From the NCBI GenBank assembly GCA_903929795.1, contig CAIYWC010000033.1, positions 12,724-76,723 of the forward strand: 64,000 nt of DNA. The letters are read 5' to 3'. The position numbers and the translations under genes are program-made. Each line of letters opens with the position of its first letter. The stretch's first letter is position 1. The DNA is from an uncultured Myxococcales bacterium (lineage in GTDB: Bacteria > Myxococcota_A > UBA9042). The notes beneath the pieces were generated by a model, which did no database searches, was not told where the DNA came from, and saw only the letters and a list, made by a program, of their open reading frames with translations. Shown here one piece after another: positions 27,374 to 39,080 of this stretch.

Positions 27374-27792
27374 CCGGCCAACCGCCCATCGCCCAGCAGC
27401 AGGTCGATCGTCGCCTGGTCCACCGGCGGAAAGCGGTACTCGCCCAGCTGAACCGGATTGACCCAGCGGAAATCCCAGACGCCGATGCGCTGCGGCAGGC
27501 CGCCGACAATGCGCGCAGAAAAGCTATGAAAATCAATGCAATATGGCTCGTACTCGCGGCGCAAGCTGACGCTCTTGCTCACGATCTCGATCGCCACGTC
27601 CAACTCCTCGCGGATCTCGCGGATCAGCGCGGCCTCGTCGCTCTCGTCCGGCTCCACCTTGCCGCCGGGAAATTCCCACAGCAGCGGCATCCCGGCGTGC
27701 GGCAGCCGCTGCGTGATCAGGTACTGCCCAAGTTCATTGCGAATTTCCGCGGCAACGACGCGAATGACCCGCTTTGTGGAAGTGCAACTCAT
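27370..27792 (-). CDS. mutT: NUDIX hydrolase, MutT/NudG-like
   Basis: VVAAEI...LITQR...LWEFPGGKVEPDESDEAALIREIREELDV contains the Nudix box. 4-nt overlap with the PLC gene. Confidence 0.88.
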   Translation of the reverse strand: MSCTSTKRVIRVVAAEIRNELGQYLITQRLPHAGMPLLWEFPGGKVEPDESDEAALIREIREELDVAIEIVSKSVSLRREYEPYCIDFHSFSARIVGGLPQRIGVWDFRWVNPVQLGEYRFPPVDQATIDLLLGDGRLAG

Positions 27793-27800
27793 CGCCTGCC

Positions 27801-28496
27801 TCACTTGAACGGGTCAAACCCGCAAACGCCCGACGACGACACGTACTTGGACGAGCCAATGCAGTGCGGTAATGCGGGGTTCCATTTGCTGCAGTCGGCG
27901 TCGGCTTTGCACTGCATGGCGCAGCGCTTTTGCGGCGGGTCGCTGGCCAGCGTGTTGCCGCCGGATTGCGACACCTCAAAACCGCAGGAAAATTGCACAG
28001 TTTGGATGGATCCGCCGACAATGTTGTCATCGCTGCACTGCGCCGTCGCTTGGCTGCAGCCGCAGTCCTTGGTGCAGTAGCCAAGCGCGGCGTTGTAGCC
28101 GGTGAGAAAGCCGCCTTTTTGGCACAGGCCGTACGTGCAGTCGCTGTCCTGGGAGCAGGTCTTGCCGTGCGGCGTGGCGTGGGCGCTGACGAGGACCGGC
28201 GGGCAGGTGCTGGCGGCGGTGTCGCTGGCGGCGTCGGTGCCGGCTGGGACGTCGCTTGTGGCGTCCGTGGCGCTGGAATCGGTGGTGCTATCGGGCGTCT
28301 GTCCGCCGAGGTCGTTGCCCAAACCGTCGCAGGAACCGTTGCAGCAAGCGTCGGAGCACACTTCTTGCATCGCTGCGATGTCACCGTTCGCGTCCACCGC
28401 GTCCGCCGCGCCGCCGCCGCTGGCCGTTGTGCTGCCGCAGCCCAGCGCGATCGCCGCGAGCAGGCAAGGCAGCAAGGCCGGTGGGAGCGAGGACAT
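27801..28496 (-). CDS. Small Cys-rich lipoprotein of unknown function
   Basis: LLAAIALG-C lipobox, Asp/Ala/Thr linker, C-terminal CSQDSDCTYGLC...CKADADC units. Confidence 0.8.
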   Translation of the reverse strand: MSSLPPALLPCLLAAIALGCGSTTASGGGAADAVDANGDIAAMQEVCSDACCNGSCDGLGNDLGGQTPDSTTDSSATDATSDVPAGTDAASDTAASTCPPVLVSAHATPHGKTCSQDSDCTYGLCQKGGFLTGYNAALGYCTKDCGCSQATAQCSDDNIVGGSIQTVQFSCGFEVSQSGGNTLASDPPQKRCAMQCKADADCSKWNPALPHCIGSSKYVSSSGVCGFDPFK

Positions 28497-28618
28497 GCGT
28501 TTCCTGACGCCGCGAAAAGGGGTTCGGTCGCGGCGTGCGTCCGGCAGTCTGGCTGACGCTGGCGGTCGCCGTCAACGACTTTTGCGCCTCCGCGCCGCCG
28601 GCAAAACGTCGCTGCGGA

Positions 28619-28647
28619 TTGACCTCTGCGCCACAACTTGGTACACC
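28619..28647 (+). promoter_or_regulatory. Putative sigma70-type promoter of the atp operon
   Basis: TTGACC-N17-TACACC, about 70 bp before the b' start. Confidence 0.5.
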
Positions 28648-28718
28648 GCGCCGCCGTTCGGGCTGGAGGCCAAATCCGGCCCGTGCCCTCCCGTCTGCAA
28701 GCGCATCCTGAGGCGTCC

Positions 28719-29201
28719 ATGCTCGCACTGATTACGCTGCCACACCTCAATAATGTTCACGCGTTGGTGTCGCACGCCGGGCTCATCGACATCGACGTCA
28801 CGGTGTTCTATTACGCCGCGCTGTTCGTGATCTTGCTGCTGGTGCTGCCGAACCTCGTGTTCAAGCCGATGCTGGCGCGGATGGAAAAGCGCGAAGAGCG
28901 GACGTCCGGCGCGCGCTTGGAGGCGCAGCTGATCCGCAAGTCGGCCGACGCGGAAGCCGAGCAGTTTGACAAGCATGTCGCCGACGAGAAGCGCAAGGCC
29001 TTGGAAGAACGCGCGAAAATGCGCGAAGAGACCCAGCGCACCGCGGACGACACGATTGCGCAGGCGCGGCGCGACACGCAGGCGCGAATTGAAGCCGGGC
29101 TCGTGGCCCAGCACGCGCAGGCCGTGCAGGCGCGCGAGGCGATTGCCACCGACGCCCGGGACATCGCGGGTGCGATTGCCCAGAAGCTTGTGCAGGCCTG
29201 A
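28719..29201 (+). CDS. atpF2: ATP synthase F0 subunit b'
   Basis: Single TM then LVFKPMLARMEKREERTSG and a coiled coil; first gene of the atp cluster. Confidence 0.85.
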   Translation: MLALITLPHLNNVHALVSHAGLIDIDVTVFYYAALFVILLLVLPNLVFKPMLARMEKREERTSGARLEAQLIRKSADAEAEQFDKHVADEKRKALEERAKMREETQRTADDTIAQARRDTQARIEAGLVAQHAQAVQAREAIATDARDIAGAIAQKLVQA

Positions 29202-29231
29202 ATGGCGCCGGTTTGGACGCAGGAGACGAGG

Positions 29232-29819
29232 ATGAAGCGATTGCAGCAGCTCCCGATTCTCGGCCTTGGCCTGGCGACGCCGGTGCTGGCGTTGGCCGCT
29301 GAGACGTGTGAGCCGAACGAATTCTGCTTCCAAGTCCAGGGCTATTACATCCTTGATTTCATTGCGTTTGTCGCGATCATCGTCTATGCCGCGCGCAAGC
29401 CGCTGGCGGCGTTTCTAGACAAGCGGTACGCGGACGTCTCCAAGGAGATCGCCGCGGCGCACGAGCTGCGGGACGCGGCGCAGCAGAAATTCGACGCCTA
29501 TAAGGCGCGGATGGACAACTTGGCCGTCGAGATGGACAAGATCCTGGCCGACGCGCGGGCCGGCACCGAAGTGGAAGTGCAGCGGATTTTGGCCGATGCC
29601 AAGGCCCAGGTCGAACGCGTGACGGCGGAAGAGAAGATTCGCCTGGACCAGGAGTCCAAGCGGATTCGCGACGAATTACAGCGGGATGCCGCGGCGCTGG
29701 CGCTCAAGCTGGCCGAGCAGATGGTGCGGGAACGCCTGGACGCGGCGGCGCAGACCAAGCTGGTCGACCGGGCGCTGCACGAGATCGAGGAACTGCCGGC
29801 GACGGGCGCGAACGCGTGA
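29232..29819 (+). CDS. atpF: ATP synthase F0 subunit b
   Basis: AGGAG RBS; ILDFIAFVAIIVYAARKPLAAFLDKR, coiled coil, ALKLAEQMV. Confidence 0.9.
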   Translation: MKRLQQLPILGLGLATPVLALAAETCEPNEFCFQVQGYYILDFIAFVAIIVYAARKPLAAFLDKRYADVSKEIAAAHELRDAAQQKFDAYKARMDNLAVEMDKILADARAGTEVEVQRILADAKAQVERVTAEEKIRLDQESKRIRDELQRDAAALALKLAEQMVRERLDAAAQTKLVDRALHEIEELPATGANA

Positions 29820-29846
29820 GTTGCGGACTATTGGGAGCGATGAAGC

Positions 29847-30401
29847 ATGGCTAGCACGAGCGGTTCTGCAAAAATTGCCCGACGTTATGCGCGCGCCCTC
29901 GCGCTCCTGTGCGACGAGCGCGGGGACGCGGATGCGGTGCGCGCGGCGCTTGCTCAGGTCGTGGTGACGCTCGACGCCGTGCCGGAGGCGCTCGCGTTTC
30001 TGACCAACCCGACGCTGCCGCACCTGGTGCGCACGGCGCTGTTGGCGAACTTGCTGAAAGAATTGGCGATTACCGGCACGGCCGACGCGTTTGCCAAGCT
30101 GATGCTGGACAACGGGCGCATCGGCTCGCTCGCGGCGACGCTCAGCGAATTTGCCGCGATTCAGGACGCGCGCAGCGGTCGGGCGGAAGCGCAGCTGACG
30201 TCTGCGGTTGCGCTGGATCCGGCGGCGATCGCGCGGGTAGCTGCGGCGATTAAGCGCTTGATCGGCAAGGACATTCAGGTGACCGCGGCGGTCGATCCGG
30301 AGCTGCTGGGCGGTGTTGTCGTGCGCGTGGGCAACACAGTGTGGGACAGCTCCGTGCGCAACCACTTGAATCGCCTTCACGCCGAACTGGTTTCTCACTA
30401 A
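29847..30401 (+). CDS. atpH: ATP synthase F1 subunit delta
   Basis: IARRYARAL, FLTNP, VDPELLGGVVVRVGNTVWDSSV. Confidence 0.95.
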   Translation: MASTSGSAKIARRYARALALLCDERGDADAVRAALAQVVVTLDAVPEALAFLTNPTLPHLVRTALLANLLKELAITGTADAFAKLMLDNGRIGSLAATLSEFAAIQDARSGRAEAQLTSAVALDPAAIARVAAAIKRLIGKDIQVTAAVDPELLGGVVVRVGNTVWDSSVRNHLNRLHAELVSH

Positions 30402-30452
30402 GGTCAACTGGTTACAGACTCATTCGAACTCTCGTTTCTGCTGGAGAAAGTC

Positions 30453-32036
30453 ATGGACATCCGCGTTGAAGAAGTCAGCCGCATCATTCGCGACCAGGTC
30501 GCCAACTACGGCGCCAAAGTTGACGTTCAGGAGACCGGCCGTGTGCTGGCGGTGGGCGACGGTATCGCCCGCGTCCACGGTCTGGAAGCGGCCATGGCCG
30601 GCGAGCTCCTGGAATTTCCGCATGATGTCAAGGGCATGGTGCTGAATCTGGAAGAAGACAACGTCGGCGTCGCGCTGCTCGGCAATGCCAACGCGATCAA
30701 AGAGGGCGACCTCGTCAAGCGCACCGGCCGCATCGTCGAAGTGCCGATCGGCATGGCGCTGCTCGGCCGCGTGATGAACGCGCTCGGACAGCCGATCGAC
30801 GGCAAAGGTCCGCTGGCCAACGCCGACGGCTCGCCGCTGACCTACGGCCGCGTGGAAGTCAAAGCCAAGGGCATCATCTCGCGCAAGCCGGTGTTCGAGC
30901 CGCTGCAGACGGGCTTGAAGCCGATCGACGGCATGGTGCCGATCGGCCGCGGTCAGCGCGAGCTCATCATCGGCGACCGCCAGACCGGCAAGACGGCCGT
31001 CGCGATCGACGCCATCATCAACCAGAAGCCCGAGCACGAGCGCTTCAAGGCCGGCGACAAGACCGCCAAGCCGGTCTACTGCATCTACGTCGCCGTCGGC
31101 CAGAAGCAGTCGACCGTCGCGCAGGTTGTCAAAAAGCTGACGGATCACGGGGCGTTGGACTACACGATCGTCGTCTCTGCCGGCGCGTCGGATCTCGCGC
31201 CGCTGCAGTTCCTGGCGCCGTACACCGGTGCGGCGATGGGCGAATACTTCCGCGACAACGGCATGCACGGGCTGATCGTGTACGACGACCTGTCCAAGCA
31301 GGCGGTCGCGTATCGCCAGATGTCGCTGCTGCTGCGCCGTCCGCCGGGCCGTGAAGCGTATCCGGGCGACGTGTTTTACCTCCACAGCCGTCTGCTCGAG
31401 CGCGCCGCCAAGCTGCGCGACGAAGAGGGCGGCGGGTCGCTGACGGCGCTGCCGATCATTGAGACGCAGGCGGGCGACATCTCCGCCTATGTGCCGACCA
31501 ACGTGATTTCGATCACGGACGGCCAGATCTTTCTGGAATCGGACCTGTTCTTCAAAGGCATCCGCCCGGCCATCAACGTCGGCTTGTCGGTGTCCCGTGT
31601 CGGCGGCGCGGCGCAAGTCAAGGCGATGAAGGCGGTGGCCGGTCCGCTGCGGTTGTCGCTCGCGCAATACCGTGAATTAGCTGCGTTTTCGCAGTTTGCG
31701 TCGGACCTCGATCCGTCCACCCAGCGCACGCTCGCGCAAGGCGCGCGCCTCACGGAGCTGCTCAAGCAGCCGCAGTACCAGCCGATGCAGGTGCACGAGC
31801 AAGTCATCCTGATGTTCGCCGCGACCGCCGCGGAGGGCTTCATCGATCACCTGCCCGTCGCTGCGCTGCGCCGCTATGAGCAGGAATTGTTCGCGTTCCT
31901 GCGCAACCAGAAGGCGGAGATGCTGGAGAACCTCAAGAACGGCGTCACCAAGACCGATCTGAAAAAGAAGGACGATCCGTACCGCGTGGCCCTTGTGGCC
32001 GCGCTGACGGAGTTCAAGGCGCTGTTCCAGGCGTAG
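30453..32036 (+). CDS. atpA: ATP synthase F1 subunit alpha
   Basis: [39 protein letters not shown]. Confidence 0.99.
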   Translation: MDIRVEEVSRIIRDQVANYGAKVDVQETGRVLAVGDGIARVHGLEAAMAGELLEFPHDVKGMVLNLEEDNVGVALLGNANAIKEGDLVKRTGRIVEVPIGMALLGRVMNALGQPIDGKGPLANADGSPLTYGRVEVKAKGIISRKPVFEPLQTGLKPIDGMVPIGRGQRELIIGDRQTGKTAVAIDAIINQKPEHERFKAGDKTAKPVYCIYVAVGQKQSTVAQVVKKLTDHGALDYTIVVSAGASDLAPLQFLAPYTGAAMGEYFRDNGMHGLIVYDDLSKQAVAYRQMSLLLRRPPGREAYPGDVFYLHSRLLERAAKLRDEEGGGSLTALPIIETQAGDISAYVPTNVISITDGQIFLESDLFFKGIRPAINVGLSVSRVGGAAQVKAMKAVAGPLRLSLAQYRELAAFSQFASDLDPSTQRTLAQGARLTELLKQPQYQPMQVHEQVILMFAATAAEGFIDHLPVAALRRYEQELFAFLRNQKAEMLENLKNGVTKTDLKKKDDPYRVALVAALTEFKALFQA

Positions 32037-32072
32037 GCGTTGACGGTCGTTTCGTAGCCAGTTCGAGGCAAC

Positions 32073-32963
32073 ATGCCATCTTTGAAAGCAATTCGACGTC
32101 GCATCGTGTCGGTCAGGTCCACGGCCAAGATCACGCGCGCGATGAAGTTGGTGGCGACGGCCAAGCTGCGCCGCGCGCAGGAGCGCCTTGTCCAGCTGCG
32201 GCCGTACGCCAAGCGCGTCAACGACATGATTGTCGAGCTGGCGTCGGGCACGGATGCGGAGGGCCATGCGCTGCTCGCAGTTCGCCCGCCCAAGCGCACG
32301 CTGGTGCTGGTGCTGACGTCCGATCGCGGTCTGGCGGGCGCGTTCAACGCCAACGTCAACAAGGCGGCGTGGAATTGGGTCAAGGCCAACCAGGACAAGC
32401 GCGAGCTGATCGAGCTGCGCGTCGTCGGCAAGAAAGGCCGCGATTTCTTCAAGGCGCGCCAGGCCAACGTCGGGCATGTCTACACGGACGTGCTGAACAA
32501 CGTGACGCTGGAGCGCGCGACCGGCATCGGCCGCGAACTCGTGGCAGCGTACGTGGATGGCCACTTTGACGAAGTGTTTATCGCCTACAACCAGTTCAAG
32601 TCCGCGATGACGCAGATCGTGCAGTTCGAGCGCGTGCTGCCGCTGCCACCCGCCGGGTTGGACGATGGCAAGGGCGCGGCGGTGGATCTCGCGCTGACGA
32701 GCATCGACACGATCTTCGAGCCGACCAAGGACGCAGTGCTGGACTCGATCCTGCCGATGTCCATCGACGTGCACGTGTACCGCTGCCTGCTGGAATCCGT
32801 GGCGTCCGAGATGGGCGCGCGGATGACGGCCATGGACGCGGCGACCAAGAACGCCGGCGAGCTGCTGGCGCGCATCACGCTTGTCTACAACCGCGCACGT
32901 CAGTCGATCATTACCACGGAACTGATGGAAATCACGTCAGGTGCCGAAGCGCTTAAGGGCTAA
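32073..32963 (+). CDS. atpG: ATP synthase F1 subunit gamma
   Basis: KITRAMKLVA, SDRGLAGAFN, SEMGARMTAM, YNRARQSIITTELMEI. Confidence 0.98.
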   Translation: MPSLKAIRRRIVSVRSTAKITRAMKLVATAKLRRAQERLVQLRPYAKRVNDMIVELASGTDAEGHALLAVRPPKRTLVLVLTSDRGLAGAFNANVNKAAWNWVKANQDKRELIELRVVGKKGRDFFKARQANVGHVYTDVLNNVTLERATGIGRELVAAYVDGHFDEVFIAYNQFKSAMTQIVQFERVLPLPPAGLDDGKGAAVDLALTSIDTIFEPTKDAVLDSILPMSIDVHVYRCLLESVASEMGARMTAMDAATKNAGELLARITLVYNRARQSIITTELMEITSGAEALKG

Positions 32964-32987
32964 CTCTCGATTTTATTTCCGCGTTAG

Positions 32988-34466
<1,479 letters not shown>

Positions 34467-34476
34467 GGGGTTGCGA

Positions 34477-34884
34477 ATGAAGTGCGAGATCGTGACGCCC
34501 GTGGGCATCAAGTATTCGGGCGACGTGCTGGGCGTCATCGCACCGGGCGCGTCGGGCGATCTGGGCATTCTGCCGGGTCACCAGGCGCTGCTGTCCGGCC
34601 TGCGGACCGGCGTGTGCACCGTGCAGCTCGGTCCGCACATTGACCTGCCGCTGGTCGTGGATGGCGGCTACGTGCACGTTGTGGCCGGTCAGACCGTGAC
34701 GATCACGACCGAGCTCTGCGAAAAGGCCGAGGACATCGTGCTCGACGCCGCGCGCAAGCAGCTGGACGACGCGACGGCAGAACTGTCCCAGACCCGCGAG
34801 GACGTGGCGTCCGAGCTCTGGAAAGTCCGCAAGCGCGCTGTGGATTTGGCCGAGACACGCGTGCGCGTGGCGGCGACGAAGTAG
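34477..34884 (+). CDS. atpC: ATP synthase F1 subunit epsilon
   Basis: EIVTP, PGASGDLGILPGH, VDGGYVHV; follows atpD. Confidence 0.93.
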   Translation: MKCEIVTPVGIKYSGDVLGVIAPGASGDLGILPGHQALLSGLRTGVCTVQLGPHIDLPLVVDGGYVHVVAGQTVTITTELCEKAEDIVLDAARKQLDDATAELSQTREDVASELWKVRKRAVDLAETRVRVAATK

Positions 34885-35631
34885 TCAACCGCGCCGCAGC
34901 ACGCCCAGCAGCTGGGTTTCCAGCGCCCGCTGCACTTCGCCGATGGCCGGGCGCGGCAGCCCACGCTCCTCACACACCTGCCAGATCGACGTCAGGATCA
35001 CGCCGTCCAGGCCGCACGGCGTTACCGCAAAGCCATCCAGCCGCGGATTGACGTTCAACGCCAGGCCGTGAAACGTCCAGCCGTTGCGCAAGCCTAGTCC
35101 AAGACTGGCGATTTTGCGCTGTGCGTCGATCCACACGCCGGACTGGCCCGGCTTGAGCACCGTTTGCACGCCGAACTGCGCGCAGGCCGCGGCAATGCAC
35201 TGCTCCAGCAGCCTCACGAACGCCGGCAAGTCGCCCAGCGGCCCGTTGCCCCAAGCGCCAAGTTGCTGATTCAGCTGAAGAATCGGATACGCCACAAGCT
35301 GCCCCGGCGCGTGCCAGGTCACGGATCCGCCGCGCGCCACTTCGTGAACGGCCACGTCCAGCGCCGGCTGCCCGGGAGGCTGCCAGCGCGGCGCTGCGAT
35401 GTGCTCCCGGCCACCTTTGCGCCCCAGCGTCAGCGTCGGCGGGTGTTGCAGCACCAGCAGGACGTCGTCCGCCGTTCGCGGCCGCGCCACCAACGCGTCC
35501 ATCTGCGCCATTGCTGTGTCGTATGCGCAGAGAGGCTCGCCGTCGTGGGTGTGCGTCCGGGGGTGCGCGAGGCGCGGCGGCGTACCGGAGTTCCAGGGCA
35601 GCGGCGGCGCGGGCGGCGGCAGCGTGGTCAC
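34885..35631 (-). CDS. lipB: Lipoyl(octanoyl) transferase
   Basis: LQHPPTLTLGR, RGGSVTWHAPGQLVAYPIL, KIASLG...HGLALNV, TPCGL. Confidence 0.95.
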   Translation of the reverse strand: MTTLPPPAPPLPWNSGTPPRLAHPRTHTHDGEPLCAYDTAMAQMDALVARPRTADDVLLVLQHPPTLTLGRKGGREHIAAPRWQPPGQPALDVAVHEVARGGSVTWHAPGQLVAYPILQLNQQLGAWGNGPLGDLPAFVRLLEQCIAAACAQFGVQTVLKPGQSGVWIDAQRKIASLGLGLRNGWTFHGLALNVNPRLDGFAVTPCGLDGVILTSIWQVCEERGLPRPAIGEVQRALETQLLGVLRRG

Positions 35632-37061
35632 GGCTTGTCGGCCGCCAGCAGCGCGCGCAGTTCTTCCACCGTCGCGTTGGGCAGCAACCCGGTCGACGAG
35701 AACGCTCGCCGCAACGGAATCGGTTTTTGCGCGCCGCCGAGCGACGGGGGATGTTCGCGCTCAGGGCGCACGTCGTCCGGCACGCCCAGCAGCTGCAGCA
35801 CGCGCGGCAGGACCCGCCGGCGCACGGACGCGATCTGCCGCGCCTTGTACTCGCCGTAGGACGCACGGCCTTCCGTCGCTGCCTGGTAACTGGCGATGTC
35901 CATCAGCTGAACTTCATACGGAAAAAAGAACTGGATCTCCGGATCCACGCCCTGGGTCGTCAGCGCCACCAGCATCTCGTCCAGGGCCTCGCCCTGCAGG
36001 TGCTTCTGCGCGATGGCTTGGGCCTCGCGCATCCGCGTAAACAGCGGATTGGCAAAGCGAATCATCTGCCGGCACGTGAACTGGATCGACTGGTATTTGT
36101 CCGAGCTGTACGGGTTCCAGTCGACCTGCTCGCTGCCCGCTGGCTTGTGGTCAAAGGCGTGGATGGCCTTGACCGTCGCCATCTCGTCCAGCTCGCCGCG
36201 CTGGTAGCGCTGCAGGCAGGACCGCACGTGTGTGTCGTAAGCATCCAAATCTACAAGCGTATTGCGCGATCGCGTCGGCTTGACGTTCGGGTACATGATC
36301 GTGTGCTCTTCGCGCAGCGCCCGTACCGCAAACAGCGCATCCACCGGCGTCCCGACGATGATCCGCACGCCGATGTGGTCAAACAAGTCGTACGCGACAT
36401 TCTCCTGCTTTTGCAGCAGCTTGACGACGACCGACCGCAGCGGCTTGGTCTCCTTGACCTCGAACCGCACGATCGGCACGTCGAAGCTCTGCGCGTGCAG
36501 GTACTGGCTGCCGTCCTCGCGCGTGCGCACCTGCGCGACGAAGCGGTTCAGGATGCGCTCGCGGATCTCGTGGTAGTAATTGTTTTGAAAGTAGTTTACC
36601 GCATGCGCCACCGTGTGCATCACCCGCAGCAGCCCGCACGCCCAGCCCATCCGGACTTCCGCCGTCTGGCCGTCCTTCGCCACCGCGATCTCGCGATCGC
36701 CTGCCGCCAGCCGCATCACATCGAGGATCGGCATCGCGTCGAATTCGGCCGGCATTTCCACCGGTAGCCCCGGCAGCAGCACGCCGCGGATAAAGCCCAG
36801 CGCCTCGGTGCGAATGCGTTCAACATCCTGAAACTGAACGGGATTATCCAAGTCGTAGCCGTACCGAGCCAGAAAGCGCGAGGCCTCCTCCGCGCCGTTG
36901 TGGCTCAGCCGCAGGTGAGACAGGTCGATTGCCGACTGGCCGCCCATGATCGTGTGCATCGTCTCCCACGAGAACACGTAGCGCGCCAACAGCGGCGGCA
37001 GAGGTCCTGCGTGGAGCGTTCCGATCTCGGCCAAGGGAGTCTCCCGTCGAAAGGGCGGCAA
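35628..37061 (-). CDS. TIGR04552-like protein with RelA/SpoT-type nucleotidyltransferase motifs
   Basis: KPLRSVVVKLLQK, LFDHIGVRI, YQSIQFTCRQMI, FFPYEVQLMD. 4-nt overlap with lipB; TTG start uncertain. Confidence 0.78.
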   Translation of the reverse strand: MPPFRRETPLAEIGTLHAGPLPPLLARYVFSWETMHTIMGGQSAIDLSHLRLSHNGAEEASRFLARYGYDLDNPVQFQDVERIRTEALGFIRGVLLPGLPVEMPAEFDAMPILDVMRLAAGDREIAVAKDGQTAEVRMGWACGLLRVMHTVAHAVNYFQNNYYHEIRERILNRFVAQVRTREDGSQYLHAQSFDVPIVRFEVKETKPLRSVVVKLLQKQENVAYDLFDHIGVRIIVGTPVDALFAVRALREEHTIMYPNVKPTRSRNTLVDLDAYDTHVRSCLQRYQRGELDEMATVKAIHAFDHKPAGSEQVDWNPYSSDKYQSIQFTCRQMIRFANPLFTRMREAQAIAQKHLQGEALDEMLVALTTQGVDPEIQFFFPYEVQLMDIASYQAATEGRASYGEYKARQIASVRRRVLPRVLQLLGVPDDVRPEREHPPSLGGAQKPIPLRRAFSSTGLLPNATVEELRALLAADKP

Positions 37062-37115
37062 AAGCCGCGCGGTTGTAACCGAAAGCCGGCGACTTGTCTC
37101 GCACGAAACGCAAAG

Positions 37116-39080
37116 TTACGTTGCGGTCACGCCAAGTTCCAGCAAGCCGCGACTCGGGTGCGCGGACCGCACGGCGAACTGTGCGTGGTCGCCCACCGCC
37201 AGCATCGGCGCCCGAACCGGCGTGTCCAGCGCCAGCTCAGGCAGAAATACCAGCCGCTCGCCGCTCGCCAGCACGCGCACCACTTGGCCGTCCAGCGGCC
37301 GGCCGTTCACCCGAGCCGCGAGCCACAACAGCTTGAAATAATGGCTGCCTTTGCGCTGCCACTGCCGCCGCTCGCGTGCCGCGTCGTCCGCGGTTTGCGC
37401 CAACTGCGTCACCTCCTGGGCCGTGTGCGGCGCCGGCGTGCCGCGCAGCCACGCCACCAGCTGGCGGTGCGCCAGCACGTCGCCATAACGCCGCAGCGGC
37501 GAGGAAAATTGCACGTACGCTGGCACGCCCATCATCCCGTGCGGCGCCGGCGCGGCCTGCAGCGTCCCCGCCTCCAGCACCCGAAACATCGCAAAGCACT
37601 GCGCCGGATCGGCGTACAGCCCCGGCGGCAGCGGCGCGTTCCCCGGCCGCGGCTGCGTGCGGAACGGCAGCGCGATTCGATGCCGCGCCCCCAGCTGGGC
37701 CACCGCCGCGCACGCCTGGACCATCATCTCGGTCACCAGCCGCCGGCCCGGGCTCGTCTGCTGCACCTGACGCACCTGGATGGGCTGAAACGGCGGCGCG
37801 CTGATCTCGCAATCGGGCCGGTACAGCAGCCACGCGCCGTTGCGGATCCGCGCAGCCTCGGCCGCTAGCCCTGCGGCGATCAGCTGGTCCAGCGCCGGGC
37901 GATCCACGTCCGGCGCGCCTTGGCCCGCCAGCGCGCGCTCCACGAGGCTGTACGACCAGACGTGCGCCACGCGCACCCACGCCTCCTGCAGCGCCTCGTC
38001 GTGCGGTTGGCCAGCGGCGTCCAGCGTCAGCGACACGACCAGCGCCGGCTTCCACTGCGCCAGCGTCAGGGACGCCACGTCACGCGCCAGCAGATCCGGC
38101 AGCATCCCGACAACGTGGCGCGGGTGGTACATCGTCGCGCCCCGCTGCCGCGCCGCCAGATCCGCCAGGCTGCCCGGCGCGATCCACGCCGACGGATGGG
38201 CGATCGCCACGTGCACGCGCCAGCCGTCCGCCAGCGGCTCGACGCAGATCGCGTCGTCCACCTCATGCGGCGCATCGTTGTCCATCGCGACAAACGGCAG
38301 CTCCAGCCGCGGCGCGTCCGGCGGCATGTCGGGCGCCGTGCGCAGGCTCGCGATTGCGTCCGCGGGCCAAGGCTGCAGCAGCCCCGATCGCCACAGCTCT
38401 ACGTCCTCGTGGCCATCCCAGATGCCCAGCTCGTTCAACAGGTCCGCCGCATCGCGCGCGTCCGCCCGGTTGTGGCGCCCGTCCATCTCCAGCCAGTGCG
38501 CCGCCGCCGCATCCGCCTCGCCGCGCACGATCGCGATCAGCCGCGCCGGCGCGTCGCCCAGCACCACCCGCAGCCCGGCGCGGTGCTGCTGCAGCGCCGT
38601 CCGCCAGTTCGCTACGTCGACGTCCAGCTCCGCCTGCCGCTGCCGCTGCTGGTCCAGCGCTACGCGTTCCGCGGCGTTGCGGCGCGTCAGCCGGCCCCGC
38701 GTCAGGGCAAAACCGCTGTGGGCAAAGACCGCCAGCACGGTCGCCGCGTCGCGCGCCGCCGCGTCATCCTGGCCAAAAAGCACTTCCGCCAGCTCGCCCA
38801 CGCCCAGCGGCCGATCGGCAAACAGCGCCCACGCGATCTCCAGCTCTTCCGCCGTCGCGCGCTTTTGCAGCGCCGCCACCGCCTGTTCGGCGTCCGCCAG
38901 CGACGCGGCCCGCAGGTTCAGCTCGCCCTCCAGCTCCGGCCGTTCGATGCGCAGAACCGTTACTTCCTGACCAAAAGCGCGGACTTGCACGCGCAGCGGC
39001 CGGCCGGGCTTGTACGTCTGCACCCAGCCTACGCGTAGCGTCGGGCCATCCGCCACCATCACGACTTGTCCTTCCGTCAC
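37116..39080 (-). CDS. rnb: RNB-domain exoribonuclease (RNase II/R family)
   Basis: AMDNDAPHEVDDAI, VHVAIAHP, RGATMYHP, LVTEMMV, YVQFSSPLRRYGDVLAHRQL. Confidence 0.92.
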   Translation of the reverse strand: MTEGQVVMVADGPTLRVGWVQTYKPGRPLRVQVRAFGQEVTVLRIERPELEGELNLRAASLADAEQAVAALQKRATAEELEIAWALFADRPLGVGELAEVLFGQDDAAARDAATVLAVFAHSGFALTRGRLTRRNAAERVALDQQRQRQAELDVDVANWRTALQQHRAGLRVVLGDAPARLIAIVRGEADAAAAHWLEMDGRHNRADARDAADLLNELGIWDGHEDVELWRSGLLQPWPADAIASLRTAPDMPPDAPRLELPFVAMDNDAPHEVDDAICVEPLADGWRVHVAIAHPSAWIAPGSLADLAARQRGATMYHPRHVVGMLPDLLARDVASLTLAQWKPALVVSLTLDAAGQPHDEALQEAWVRVAHVWSYSLVERALAGQGAPDVDRPALDQLIAAGLAAEAARIRNGAWLLYRPDCEISAPPFQPIQVRQVQQTSPGRRLVTEMMVQACAAVAQLGARHRIALPFRTQPRPGNAPLPPGLYADPAQCFAMFRVLEAGTLQAAPAPHGMMGVPAYVQFSSPLRRYGDVLAHRQLVAWLRGTPAPHTAQEVTQLAQTADDAARERRQWQRKGSHYFKLLWLAARVNGRPLDGQVVRVLASGERLVFLPELALDTPVRAPMLAVGDHAQFAVRSAHPSRGLLELGVTAT

